From an uncultured delta proteobacterium (GTDB lineage Bacteria > Desulfobacterota > RBG-13-43-22), in NCBI GenBank assembly GCA_963802945.1, contig CAWDKY010000028.1:64001-128000 (forward strand): DNA of 64,000 nucleotides, written 5' to 3'. The translations under genes and the position numbers were made by a program. Position 1 is the first letter of the stretch. The number at the start of each line of letters is the position of its first letter. A model generated the notes under the pieces. It searched no databases, was not told where the DNA came from, and worked only from the letters and a program-made list of their open reading frames with translations. This document shows positions 1 to 10,279 of this stretch, one piece after another.

Positions 1-317
1 ATCATGGCCAGCCCGACCGTGAGAAGAAGCTGGTACAAAGGGTTCAGGCCATAGAGAGGACGGATAGTAAAGGCTTCCATTAAAATACCGATCCCGGCCA
101 CGATCAAGGGGGCCACGATCAGGGAAATCCAGAAATTGCCGGTTACCTGAACCAGGGTATAGCCGAAGTAAGCCCCCAGCATACAGAGGCCACCATGGGC
201 GAAGTTGAGAACACCCATCACCCCGAAGGTCAAAGAAAGTCCGCTGGCGATGAGGATCAGGGCGCTGCCGATGGTGACCCCGTAAAGGAGGTTGGTTAAT
301 AAAAGAGAGAGGTCCAA
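1..317 (-). CDS. Branched-chain amino acid-type ABC transporter permease (LivH-like), runs off the window start
   Basis: Manual translation from TTG at 317: LDLSLLLTNLLYGVTIGSALILIASGLSLTFGVMGVLNFAHG, the LivH N-terminal signature; downstream of a substrate-binding protein gene. Confidence 0.85.
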   Translation of the reverse strand, partial: MDLSLLLTNLLYGVTIGSALILIASGLSLTFGVMGVLNFAHGGLCMLGAYFGYTLVQVTGNFWISLIVAPLIVAGIGILMEAFTIRPLYGLNPLYQLLLTVGLAM

Positions 318-443
318 GGTCGTTATAAGCCTTCTCTGTTTCAATAAAATAAGAGCCCTCAGCTTTCAGCAAAACCCTTGGAAAATATCGACTTGCCTAA
401 ATGCAAAATGCTAATCGCTGAACGCTGATAGCTAACCGCTCCA

Positions 444-1697
444 TCACTTGCTCATTTTGCATTCGCCGCCCGGTGCATCCGGTCCAGAATACGGTGTGCC
501 GAAATTGCCCACACTGGCTGCCGTTTTCAGGAAATATTTTCCGTCTTTCTGCTGAACCTGGAAGAGATAAATGGGCACATTAGCCACATGGTTGGGATCC
601 ATTTTGATATGGCCACGCGGACTCTTATAATCGGCTTTTTCAATCCCATCAATAATCTTTTCCGTATTTTCCGGGTTACCGCCGGCGGCATCCAGACCTT
701 TGATCATCATGGTTCCCACTTCATAACCGAGAATGACGCTTTCATCAGCCAAATCTCCGGGAAACATTTTGGCAAAAGCGGCCTTGAAGGCGGTATTTTC
801 CTTATTCTCCAGCCAATAGCTCCAATGGAAGACGTGGTAATTGCCGAGAACTCCATCTCCCATGGAGGGCAGGATGGCCGGGCCGAAGCCGCCCAAGCCG
901 ACGATGATGGGAACATTTTCTTTCCTAAGCCCGAACTCGTCAAACTGCTTGACGAAATTAATTAAATCATTCCCACCGAGGAAACCGAAGATGCCATCAG
1001 GTTTGGGGCTAGCACTCTTGATCTTGGCCAGATAAGGGGCGAATTCAGTCGTTCCCAAGGGCGCGAAGAATGACCCAACCACCTGGCCCCCTTTTTTCTC
1101 AAACTGGTCTTTAAAGAATTTAACGACTTCATGCCCGGTGGAATAATCGGCCCCGATGAGGTAAACTTTTTTCCCTAATGTTTTCAGAAACCAGTCTGCA
1201 GCCGGATAGCTCTGGTTCCATGGGGTATGGCCGCAGAGGAAGGTGTAGCGGCTGCATGACTCGCCGCAAAGCTTGATATTCGCCCCATAGGCCAACAGCA
1301 TCAACTTCTTTTTCGGTTTAAGCATCTCGCTGACGGCCAAAGATTCATGTCCGGCGATGGGTCCTACCAGCATATGGACCTTTTCTTTATCGAAAAGTTT
1401 TTGGGCCTTTTCTATAGCCACGTTTGGTTTGCCCTGGGTGTCTTCGCTAAAAAACTTTACCTGGTCCTTGTATTTGGATAGGGCAAAGGCCAACCTCACC
1501 CCGTCTTCCACCCTTTTCCCGACCATGGCGTAAACCCCCGAATAGGACAGGGTCAGGCCGACCCTTATCTCTTGTTTGGCCGCCTGGGCCGGTAGGAACG
1601 GACTTGAAACGATTATGGCTGTCGCAACAAAGGCCGTTGCCTTTAAAAATTTTTTCCAATTAATTCCTAATGTTCTATTTTTATCATTGCTTTTCAT
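444..1697 (-). CDS. ABC transporter substrate-binding protein (LivJ/LivK periplasmic fold)
   Basis: Signal peptide; EDTQGKP, GADYSTG and APLGTTEFAPYLAKI motifs; upstream of a LivH-like permease. Confidence 0.9.
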   Translation of the reverse strand: MKSNDKNRTLGINWKKFLKATAFVATAIIVSSPFLPAQAAKQEIRVGLTLSYSGVYAMVGKRVEDGVRLAFALSKYKDQVKFFSEDTQGKPNVAIEKAQKLFDKEKVHMLVGPIAGHESLAVSEMLKPKKKLMLLAYGANIKLCGESCSRYTFLCGHTPWNQSYPAADWFLKTLGKKVYLIGADYSTGHEVVKFFKDQFEKKGGQVVGSFFAPLGTTEFAPYLAKIKSASPKPDGIFGFLGGNDLINFVKQFDEFGLRKENVPIIVGLGGFGPAILPSMGDGVLGNYHVFHWSYWLENKENTAFKAAFAKMFPGDLADESVILGYEVGTMMIKGLDAAGGNPENTEKIIDGIEKADYKSPRGHIKMDPNHVANVPIYLFQVQQKDGKYFLKTAASVGNFGTPYSGPDAPGGECKMSK

Positions 1698-1791
1698 AGC
1701 ATCCTCCTTTCGATACCTTTTAATTTGGTTTGGCTCTCCTTACCTCATTTTAGCGAGGGATGGCAAGACAAATTTCATCCCTTAAATCATA

Positions 1792-2752
1792 TCAGATCGT
1801 ATTCTTCCTGAGGCCCAGCTTAGCCATGCCGCCGAACTGTTCCACGACGTTGCCCGGTGATGTATCTCCTTTGAATCCCCTGTAGAGCGTCTGCACGTTA
1901 ACGACTATTCGCTCCCGATCGGTCCAAGACGCGTATCTGGTCATGTCGATGGCGGCGATGGCCTCGTCAACTGACATATTCCGATCGTAGCGTTGCCGGG
2001 CTTCGGCAAGCAGATACTCCCAGTAGCCCTTCACGGCCTCTACCCCCTTTTTGTCTGTAATGGGACCATGTCCCGGGACGATGGTCTCAACGTCCATATC
2101 GAGGATCAGGTCGCAGGCCCTGATCCAGTTTGACACAGGGCCGACCCACATCAAGGGAGTCCCCCCGATAAATAGAATATCTCCGGAAAAAAGGGTCCGG
2201 TTCTCGGGAATAAAGACTAATAGATCACTTTCGGTATGGGTGGGACCGGCCTCGATCAGACTGGATCTCCTTCTGGCCCACTTTAATGTTTAAGCGTCCC
2301 TCAAACGTGCGGGTCGGCGGGATAGGGTTGATTCCTTCGAAATTGAACGGTCCGAAACTCTGGAGTATATAGGCCCCGAGATCACCCATGCCCGGTGCTG
2401 AAGCTTTGAGCTGGGCCAACATCTGAGGCGGGGTTCGAGTCATTTCTTTGGCGCAGGCCTTGGTACTGATGATCTCCGCGCCATGGACCAGTTCATTGCC
2501 GTAATAGTGGTCGCCATTCCCGTGAGTGATCACCAGAGTATTGATGGCAGTCGCCGCCTTTGTTGCTGCGGCCATGGTCGCCAGCATCTCCCGGGTGAGA
2601 GCAAGATCGAACAAAGTGTCAATCAGCAAAGATTCTTCTCCCTCCACGACAAGCCCGGCATTGTTCCACCCCCAGGAGCCGTCGGGCTGGAGGTAGGCAT
2701 ATACCCCGTTCCCCAGATCATGAAGGCCCTTGGTATACTTCCACTTATTCAT
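1792..2752 (-). pseudogene. MBL-fold metallo-hydrolase (cyclase-like), split by a +1 frameshift near 2260
   Basis: THGNGDHYYGN motif in ORF 2225..2800; removing one base in 'cag t ctg atc gag' gives LIEAGPTHTESD...FSGDILF, which continues into ORF 1792..2154 (VPGHG). May be a sequencing error. Confidence 0.8.
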
Positions 2753-3039
2753 AACACCCTGATTGAGTCCTAACTTTCTGTTTTTATCATTGCGCTTCAT
2801 AGAACCCTCTTTCGATTCGTTTTGTTGGGTTTGATTCTTCTCGCCTTGTTTTATAGAGTGATGGAAAGATAAAAAACATATTGATTTAATGAGTAAATAT
2901 TATTCAGGTAAGTCACCCCTGTCAAGGGGAATTTGGTCTGATTTTTTGTTGGGTTAGGTGTGGAAAAATAAATGAATTAGTTATAGGTGGAATATGAGAA
3001 TGTATTCATCAGAGTGCGGAGGTAAAAGGGCCGAAGCCG

Positions 3040-3076
3040 GTTCAATGACCCCCGGCAAAACCGGAGGTCATTGAAC
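3040..3076. terminator. Stem-loop downstream of the FAD oxidoreductase gene
   Basis: gttcaatgacc-cccgg / ccgg-aggtcattgaac inverted repeat. Confidence 0.55.
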
Positions 3077-3097
3077 TTCCGATGGTCTGACGGAAAA

Positions 3098-4531
3098 TCA
3101 GAAGGCGTGCTGTTTAATTCTCTCTTGAGCCTGTTGAGCCTTTTTTTGGTATTCAGTAAAAACGGACTTGGGCAAATATTTAATACTGATGCGCGCGCCT
3201 TGCCTACTTAAGGTGTCTTGCAACAACTTCACATCGAGTTTCTTCGGACTTACATTATTCTTTGCCGATAGGGCGGCGGCCGTTCCTGCTGCCTGACCGG
3301 TACAGACACTGGGCGTGCAATACCTGGTGGCGCAGAAGGTAATGAAATCCGTAGACATGGACGAACCGGCGGACAGGAGGTTTTCGGTCTCTTTAGAGAT
3401 AAGACACCGATAGGGGATATCATAGGGCGGGATGTCGCCCAGCCAGGCATGTTCATCGTCGGGGCCGAAGACATCCGGGCACATATTGCTGATGGCAATG
3501 GAATCAGCGAAGGCCTTGCCTTGCCTCATATCTTTTTCCGTTAGGACATATTCTCCCAGCAAGCGATGCGTATCCCTGAGCATCATGGAATTGGGCGTTT
3601 TCTCTATGTAAGATTTCTCGAAACCCGGGACATTTTTCTTTAGAAGATTAAACATAGACCAAGCCTGCTTCCGCAGATCTATTTCCCCATTGGTAATGTC
3701 TGTCGTCAGCCACCCATGATGCCCCATGGGCAAAGCATACTGAGGTCCCAGAATCCATATCGATCCCCGACCCCATATTTCGCTTAAAAGAAAAGCGGCG
3801 CGGTTCCCATAGAGCGTTCCATCCGCTTTCGACTTCTTGATCAGTTCCCTGCCGCCCCATAAACCACCCCATTCTTCGGGATGTTCTTTTCTGAAGGCTT
3901 TTAACTTGGCATAGTCGACGCCGCCAAAGAAGAAGGTATAGCCGAATCCTGAATGGCGCCCCTTCTTCGGACCACTGGGAAAGCCTTCGTCCATACAGGG
4001 CGCACCGGATTTCCAGGCGATGTCTGCGCTACCCGTGGTATCGACGATCACCTTCCCTGTGACAGCCTGACGACCCTCTTTGCTCTCGATGATAACGGCC
4101 TTGAGAGTTTTGCCTTCTTTAACGGCCGAGGCGCCGAAGACGTGGTACATGGGTTTGACCCCTGCCTCCAAGATCATATTGTCCAAAAGAAATTTGTAGC
4201 TTTCAATGTCGAAGAATATACCGCCCATGCCTTTGCCGATGCGGGTATCGGCCGAGGTGTCCCGGATGAGCCCGCCGTTTCTCTTCAGGCCGTAAATAAT
4301 ATCGGAAATGACACCGCCTTGGATTTCCGGATCGATAAAAGAAAACGAGGCGTTAAAACCCTGGGTCTGCATTCCTCCCAGGCTGTTGAATTGCTCCAGT
4401 AGAATTGTTTTAGCCCCGTTTCGAGCGGCCGCAAGGGCGGCACCTATGCCGGCCGGCCCGCCGCCGACGACGATAACATCAGCCTCGTCGATTACCGGAA
4501 TTTTCTTTTGTGGTTCAATAATGCTCTTCAT
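3098..4531 (-). CDS. FAD-dependent oxidoreductase (FAD_oxidored-like family)
   Basis: DVIVVGGGPAG Rossmann motif, VDTTGSAD, YDIPYRCL and C-terminal GQAAGTAAAL. Confidence 0.85.
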   Translation of the reverse strand: MKSIIEPQKKIPVIDEADVIVVGGGPAGIGAALAAARNGAKTILLEQFNSLGGMQTQGFNASFSFIDPEIQGGVISDIIYGLKRNGGLIRDTSADTRIGKGMGGIFFDIESYKFLLDNMILEAGVKPMYHVFGASAVKEGKTLKAVIIESKEGRQAVTGKVIVDTTGSADIAWKSGAPCMDEGFPSGPKKGRHSGFGYTFFFGGVDYAKLKAFRKEHPEEWGGLWGGRELIKKSKADGTLYGNRAAFLLSEIWGRGSIWILGPQYALPMGHHGWLTTDITNGEIDLRKQAWSMFNLLKKNVPGFEKSYIEKTPNSMMLRDTHRLLGEYVLTEKDMRQGKAFADSIAISNMCPDVFGPDDEHAWLGDIPPYDIPYRCLISKETENLLSAGSSMSTDFITFCATRYCTPSVCTGQAAGTAAALSAKNNVSPKKLDVKLLQDTLSRQGARISIKYLPKSVFTEYQKKAQQAQERIKQHAF

Positions 4532-4793
4532 AAAAACCCCTCCTCAATAAGTTATATCTTCATATAATTAACATGTTTCCCCTTATAACTCAGTAAAAAA
4601 TAAACCAAATCAGCAGTTCGCAGCCCTCTGCTCTGGGGAATATTTCCCTCTTGACGTACCTTCCGCTTTTCTCTATATATGCTATAGTCAAAAAAAACGA
4701 TTTCATCAATCAAGAAATAAAATTTTTCAGCCGATCGTTTTTTAGATAATAGCCAACCTTTTTCCCGAATAAATAGAATCAGGAGGATAAGCG

Positions 4794-5951
4794 ATGAATT
4801 TTGCACTGACCGAAGAACAAAAGATGCTTCAGGATATGGCCAGGGATTTTGCTGAGAATGAGATCACACCTCATGTGGAGGAAGATGAAAAAAGTCAGCA
4901 CTGGCGCAAAGAGATCTTTGACAAGATGGCCGAGTTAGGCTTTTTCGGCTTTTGTATCGATGAACAATACGGCGGTAACGGCATGGGATTTCTGGAAGGC
5001 GCTCTGGCCATTGAACAAGTGGCCAAGGTCCACACCTCATGGCGGATGCCTTTTAACATGCAATGCTGGGGGCCGTCTTTGACCATTCAGAAGTTCGGTA
5101 CGGAAGAGCAGAAAAAACAATATATCCCCAAATTTGTCAGCGGAGAATACATCGGCAGTTTCGCCATGACCGAGACCGATGTCGGATCCGACGTAGCCGG
5201 CATGAAATGCCGGGCGGAAGATAAAGGGGATTATTTCCTGATCAATGGCAATAAGATGTGGATCACCAACGGGACCATCACCACCCACGGCCTGTTGTAT
5301 GTGAAAACAGACAAAGACGCCGGGGCAAGAGGGGTGACCTGTTTTATCATGGACTACAGCCTTCCCGGGATTACCCGAAAAAAGATTCATAACAAAGTTG
5401 GACTTAGGGCCTCCGATACCGCAGAAATTACCTTTGAGGATGTCAAGGTTCCCAAAAACCTGGTCCTCGGACAAGTCAATAAGGGATTTCAGATGTGCAT
5501 GACCCAATTGAACAGCACCCGTCTGGGTTGTTCCGCCGGATCTCTCGGACTTTCCGGGGCCATTTTGGAGGAATCCGTCAAATACGCCAACGAGCGGTCG
5601 CAGTTCGGACAACAGATCGGTAAATTTCAATTGATCCAGCAGCAGATCGCCGAAATGAAAATGGAGCATGAGTCTCTGGCCGCCCTGGTTTATAAGGCAG
5701 CCTGGCTTAAAGACCTGGGACAACCCAATGTTATGGAGACTTCCATGTCCAAACTTTATGGGGCCAAGGTGGTGGTTCACGCCGCCAATGAGTGCATGAA
5801 ACTGTTCGGTTCCTTCGGCTATTCCGATGAATACCCCTGCGGCCGCTTCTTAAGGGATTCAAAGCAATTTGAAACCCTGGAAGGGACATCCAATATGCAC
5901 ACCACCATCATAGCCAATACGACCCTGGGTTATTCACCCAACAGGGCCTAA
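4794..5951 (+). CDS. Acyl-CoA dehydrogenase, possibly of the non-decarboxylating glutaryl-CoA dehydrogenase-like subgroup
   Basis: FAMTETDVGSD, NGNKMWITNG, ERSQFG and catalytic LEGTSN motifs; the subgroup call rests on recalled overall resemblance. Confidence 0.9.
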   Translation: MNFALTEEQKMLQDMARDFAENEITPHVEEDEKSQHWRKEIFDKMAELGFFGFCIDEQYGGNGMGFLEGALAIEQVAKVHTSWRMPFNMQCWGPSLTIQKFGTEEQKKQYIPKFVSGEYIGSFAMTETDVGSDVAGMKCRAEDKGDYFLINGNKMWITNGTITTHGLLYVKTDKDAGARGVTCFIMDYSLPGITRKKIHNKVGLRASDTAEITFEDVKVPKNLVLGQVNKGFQMCMTQLNSTRLGCSAGSLGLSGAILEESVKYANERSQFGQQIGKFQLIQQQIAEMKMEHESLAALVYKAAWLKDLGQPNVMETSMSKLYGAKVVVHAANECMKLFGSFGYSDEYPCGRFLRDSKQFETLEGTSNMHTTIIANTTLGYSPNRA

Positions 5952-6038
5952 AATTCTGAGATTTGGGTGAGGGGCCTTACATCATAAGAATATGATGTGA
6001 GAGAGAGAAAATCAGGGAAAATTAAAAGGGTCTCATAA

Positions 6039-6338
6039 GATGGCCTCGCAAAAAGTCGCAAGAACCCTTTTCGTCATTCCGGGCTTGGAGACTGTGTCGC
6101 AATTATATTTTTGTCATTCCGTGCAAGCGAAGCGCGACACGGAATCCAGTATTTTCATTAAGTTCTGGATGCCGGCTTTCGCCGGCATGACGGCTTTGAT
6201 GGCGCTGTCCGCTATTACGACACAGTTTCTTGACCCGGAATCCAGAAACTTGAATAAGTTAACAAACCCCTGGACCCCGGCTGGAGTCTATCCCGCACTT
6301 GATGCGGGGCCGAGGTGACGACTTTTTGCGATTTCATC
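6039..6338. mobile_element. REPIN/MITE-like element with ~20-bp imperfect terminal inverted repeats and a nested second element
   Basis: Left end gatggcctcgcaaaaagtcg vs right end cgactttttgcgatttcatc; internal REP hairpin gtcattccgggcttg..acccggaatccag. Confidence 0.75.
6088..6229. mobile_element. Nested 142-bp MITE with 16-bp TIRs and a 3-bp TTG target duplication
   Basis: gagactgtgtcgcaat / attacgacacagtttc (14/16 match), flanked by ttg on both sides, inserted in a REP hairpin loop. Confidence 0.75.
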
Positions 6339-6429
6339 ATATGAAAAGCACAATATATTTATTCTGCAAACTTATTGACGCTATGTATAATAAACGTTTA
6401 AATATTTAAAGATCAAGGGAGGGAAGGGC

Positions 6430-7584
6430 ATGGATGAAAATATTCGCAAAGCCGAAGAGATGATCAAAAAGAAAATTGATCCTATTTATAAAGAAGTGGC
6501 CAAGCGGGTGCAGGCCGGACTGGAGAACTCCAAATATTTTCCTTGGATCATGGAGAGGTTGATGAATTTGGATCAGGCCAGATTGGTCCTGGCCCTACCG
6601 GACACTGATAGGGAAAATTTCCTCGGCCGACTGGAAGTATCCGAGAAATTCGCCGGGAAGTTGAATCTGGATAAGAAAACAGCGGACAGTTATGTTCGCC
6701 AGTTGTATGAAAAAGGGCTTCTTTTCCCAACCGGTAAAGGGCCTCAGCTTCCCCGCACTATGGGTCAATGGCTCGACACACAAAATAATCTCAACTACGA
6801 TCAGGAATTAGGAGATGAGTATTATGCCCTGATCGGATTATTCAGCGATTATGAGCTGGGACCTCCTCGCGAGGAAAAGATCGCTCAACGGATTACCGCC
6901 GGATTAAAGGGAACATCGGGGATCATCCCCAGATGGAAGGCCATCAAGGACATCCCGGGTGTTTTGCCTGGAGAAGACGTACGGGAGCTGCTCAAGGCCC
7001 AAGACGACTTTGCCGTTCTTCATTGCGCCTGCCGGAAACGGTATAAATCACGGGAATGCGGCGTGCCGGAGGAAATGTGTCTGGTGGTCGGCAAGGCGGC
7101 CCTTTACAATATTGACCGAGGTGCGGGAAGACGGATCACGCGAGAGGAAGCCTTGGATCTCCTCAGTAATGTTACGGCCAAATATCCGGTCGTTCATGTT
7201 GGAACCCGAACGGATGACCCCAAGAAGTTTCGAGGAGTTATTTGTAATTGCCATTATGACTGTTGCGAAGTTCTTAGAACACCTATGGTCGTCGGCAGTA
7301 AATACCCGGTAACCGAGTATTATGCCAAAAGTCGTTATCGGGCCACGGTTGATCCGGCCAAGTGCGTCGGCTGCCGGACCTGTGTGGATAAGCGATGTCA
7401 GTTCGGGGCATCTCAAATGAAATTTTACCCGGAATACGGCCAAGAGCGGGCCTATATTGATGAAGAAAAATGTATGGGCTGCGGCTGCTGCGTCGAAACC
7501 TGTCCGAAAGGCGCCCATGGGATGAAGGTGGTTGAGCCTCCTGAATCTTATGGCGGTGACGCCCGGATGAATATAGATACGTAA
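6430..7584 (+). CDS. 4Fe-4S dicluster protein with N-terminal wHTH-like region and extra Cys motifs
   Basis: CACR, CNCHYDCC, CVGCRTC..CQF and CMGCGCCVETCP motifs. Confidence 0.8.
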   Translation: MDENIRKAEEMIKKKIDPIYKEVAKRVQAGLENSKYFPWIMERLMNLDQARLVLALPDTDRENFLGRLEVSEKFAGKLNLDKKTADSYVRQLYEKGLLFPTGKGPQLPRTMGQWLDTQNNLNYDQELGDEYYALIGLFSDYELGPPREEKIAQRITAGLKGTSGIIPRWKAIKDIPGVLPGEDVRELLKAQDDFAVLHCACRKRYKSRECGVPEEMCLVVGKAALYNIDRGAGRRITREEALDLLSNVTAKYPVVHVGTRTDDPKKFRGVICNCHYDCCEVLRTPMVVGSKYPVTEYYAKSRYRATVDPAKCVGCRTCVDKRCQFGASQMKFYPEYGQERAYIDEEKCMGCGCCVETCPKGAHGMKVVEPPESYGGDARMNIDT

Positions 7585-7709
7585 CCAAAGACGAAGGATT
7601 CAAGACCAAACCCAAAGGGCAATATCCCTAGAAACGGGGACTGGAAGATAGGAATCCGAAGAAATTGAAGGCTTGAAGAAATAACAATTTACTGAAAAAC
7701 ATTTCATTT

Positions 7710-7888
7710 CAGGTTACTCAAAAAGGTTTAGATACAAGTCGCCCGAAACCGGGAACCCGCCTCGAAGGGGTGGGACTGAGCGCTGCCCTTGCCGCGAAGA
7801 AATTCTGAGGAATGAGGTGTACATAGAAGTACGCTGCAATGACAAGGAACGAGGGCAACGTAGGAGATGGGCCTTTTTCAGCAACCTG
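7710..7888. mobile_element. MITE, copy 1 (CAGGTT..AAAAAGG terminal inverted repeats)
   Basis: caggttactcaaaaagg ... cctttttcagcaacctg; homologous in reverse orientation to 19628..19893. Confidence 0.75.
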
Positions 7889-7910
7889 TCAAAAAAGGAA
7901 GGAATGAATC

Positions 7911-8987
7911 ATGAGTTCGATTGACCCGATTTATCAGAAACTGGCCGCCAAGATGGGGAAGCCGGATCTAAAAAATTTGTCTCTTCTCTTGGCCAAATTG
8001 GCTGACCTTAAAGAAGCCAGGATACTAAATGAGCTTTCGGCCAGCAGTGAAACCATAGCCCAAAAATTAAAACTGGATATAAAGACTGTAGAAAAACATC
8101 TAAAGGCCTTATTTGAGAAAGGGCTCGTTTTCCAGGGTAAAACCGGATGGCACCTGACCCGGACCTGGGGAGCGTTACACGACAGCGCCGGATCGGCCGA
8201 TGTCGTTAAATATAAGGATGTCTTTGACGAAAAATTTTTTCGTCTGCTTCAGGCTACCAGTGAGGAAGACCGGGAGCAAAGGATCAATGACGTGGTTACA
8301 GGCAAGGCCCCTTTGAGAAGAAATATGCGGGTCATTCCCAGATGGAAATCGATCAAAAATATCCCGGGACTATTGCCTTATGAAGATATCCGGCAAATAT
8401 TCAAGGCCTCGGACCCGATCGTTCTACTCCCCTGCGCCTGTAAGCGGGCGGAACCGGATAGAGAGTGCAAAGAGACCGTCCCGGAGGTAACCTGTGTAAC
8501 TTGCGGTCGTGCCGGCCAGTATAATCTCAACCGGGGGGCCGGGAAAAAATTGTCTTATGATGAAGCCTTGGCCTTATTTGATACCTTTGACCAACTTCAG
8601 CTCGTCCATCTGACCGGAAACACCAATCGCCTGCCCTCGTTGGTTTGTAATTGCCATTACGACTGCTGTGGGCAGTTCCAGGTCAACAAAAAGGCCCAGA
8701 AAGTGCTTCATCAGGACGTTATCGTTAAAAGCCGGTTTATGGCTACGATAGATCCTGAGAAGTGCAAAGGCTGCCGGCTTTGCCAAGAAAAGGGGTGTCC
8801 GGCTGGTGCCGATACTATTAAGTATTATCCTGAACTGGGCGAGGAAAGGGCCGCTATTGATCCTGAAATATGTATTGGCTGCGGTTTGTGTGTAATCAAT
8901 TGTCCCTCCGAAGCCCGTATGATGAAAATGGTGCGGCCGCCGGACCATATTCCGGAGCCGGACGCTAAGGTCGGAGAAGCGGATTAA
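7911..8987 (+). CDS. 4Fe-4S dicluster protein, tandem paralog of 6430..7584
   Basis: Shares IPRWK-IK-IPG, CAC, CNCHYDCC and YPE-G-ERA motifs and the two ferredoxin motifs. Confidence 0.8.
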   Translation: MSSIDPIYQKLAAKMGKPDLKNLSLLLAKLADLKEARILNELSASSETIAQKLKLDIKTVEKHLKALFEKGLVFQGKTGWHLTRTWGALHDSAGSADVVKYKDVFDEKFFRLLQATSEEDREQRINDVVTGKAPLRRNMRVIPRWKSIKNIPGLLPYEDIRQIFKASDPIVLLPCACKRAEPDRECKETVPEVTCVTCGRAGQYNLNRGAGKKLSYDEALALFDTFDQLQLVHLTGNTNRLPSLVCNCHYDCCGQFQVNKKAQKVLHQDVIVKSRFMATIDPEKCKGCRLCQEKGCPAGADTIKYYPELGEERAAIDPEICIGCGLCVINCPSEARMMKMVRPPDHIPEPDAKVGEAD

Positions 8988-9044
8988 AAGGCATTTGGGT
9001 TTCATTTTTAAATTCGATTAGAAAATAGGTTTGGAGAGAATGCA

Positions 9045-9965
9045 ATGGGCATTTTTCACTGCCCCGTGGGGGCAGCCTTTTATGATGATGAGGATTGTAT
9101 TGACTGCGGTATGTGTACGGCCGATACCGAAGAGCAGATGGTCGAAGCCTCTAAAAAAATCAGGGTCTATTTAAGGGCTAATGCCCCTAAGCCTGGCCCG
9201 ATCAAGAAGGTGGCTGTTTGTGGTAAAGGGGGTGTCGGCAAGAGTTCTCTGACCGCCTTATTGGCTAGGACATTGCAATCGGATGGTTACACCTTGATTG
9301 TTTTAGACACCGACGAGTCCAATCCCGGCTTGTTCCGTATGTTCGGTTTTGAGAAAGAGCCGAAACCCTTGATGACCATGCTCAGTCGATTCGCATCCGG
9401 CAAACCGGGACCTGGTACGGAATGGCTCATGAGCGATACCATCAACCTTGAGGATATACCAGCGGAATTCATCCTAAATAACGATAATCTTAAATTTCTT
9501 ATGATCGGAAAGATTGAAGACCCCTTTCAGGGTTGCGCCTGTTCGATGGCCGATATCGCCAGAGATCTCATGAGGAAACTGATCTTGAAAGCGAAGGAGA
9601 TAGTGCTGGTCGACATGGAGGCCGGTGTGGAAAGCTTCGGCCGCGGCGTGGAAAGAAATGTGGATACCGTGCTCATCATCGTGGAACCTTCCTTTGAATC
9701 CATGGCCCTGGCAGAGAAAATCGGTTACATGTGTGAGGGGATGGGGATATTCAGGGTAAGGGCTGTATTGAATAAAGTCCCTTCAGAAAAAATCAGGCAA
9801 AGGATGATCGAAGAATTGGACCGGAAAAACCTCAAAGTCATCGGTACGGTTTCATATGACCCGGAACTCAGTGAGGCCGGTTTTGAAGGCAGACCGCCGG
9901 GCCGATCAAAGGCCGCGCCGGATGTAGATGCCATTGTTAAGAATTTATTTAACGAAGCAGTTTAG
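9045..9965 (+). CDS. CooC/AcsF-like P-loop ATPase with a Cys-rich N-terminal extension
   Basis: GKGGVGKS, GCAC and DMEAGVESFGRG are CooC signatures; N-terminus CPVG..CIDCGMC. Confidence 0.85.
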   Translation: MGIFHCPVGAAFYDDEDCIDCGMCTADTEEQMVEASKKIRVYLRANAPKPGPIKKVAVCGKGGVGKSSLTALLARTLQSDGYTLIVLDTDESNPGLFRMFGFEKEPKPLMTMLSRFASGKPGPGTEWLMSDTINLEDIPAEFILNNDNLKFLMIGKIEDPFQGCACSMADIARDLMRKLILKAKEIVLVDMEAGVESFGRGVERNVDTVLIIVEPSFESMALAEKIGYMCEGMGIFRVRAVLNKVPSEKIRQRMIEELDRKNLKVIGTVSYDPELSEAGFEGRPPGRSKAAPDVDAIVKNLFNEAV

Positions 9966-10279
9966 CTGAAATTTATTTCGAAAAAAGGATGAGACTAATT
10001 CAAGAGGGTAGGGATTCAAATAAGATACGAGGCTAAAGTTATCGTTTAAATACTGTTATTTAATCTTATTATATTTAACAATATTTTAATTTCGGTTGTT
10101 TATTTTTTTAACTCTCCTTCCTGATAAATTATCTTGACGAATAAAAAGACCTTAACCTATAATTATCATACATACATTTACACCTCAAAGAAAATTCTCT
10201 CTGCTTTAAATCTTCCAACAACAGATAGAATTCGAAACACGTGAAGCCGTAAAGCTTAAACAAATAGGAGAAGAACGAA

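Noticed and set aside
5037-5780. 247-aa antisense ORF and many similar shadow ORFs
   Set aside because: They overlap well-supported genes on the opposite strand or frame and carry no motifs
6040-6318. 92-aa ORF
   Set aside because: Lies wholly within nested REP/MITE sequence; WMPAFAGMT is a typical REP translation
7610-7660. Possible c-di-GMP-I riboswitch (gggcaa..gaaa..gggac)
   Set aside because: Only loose similarity; the GCAAAG and second stem are not recognisable. An Rfam search would settle it
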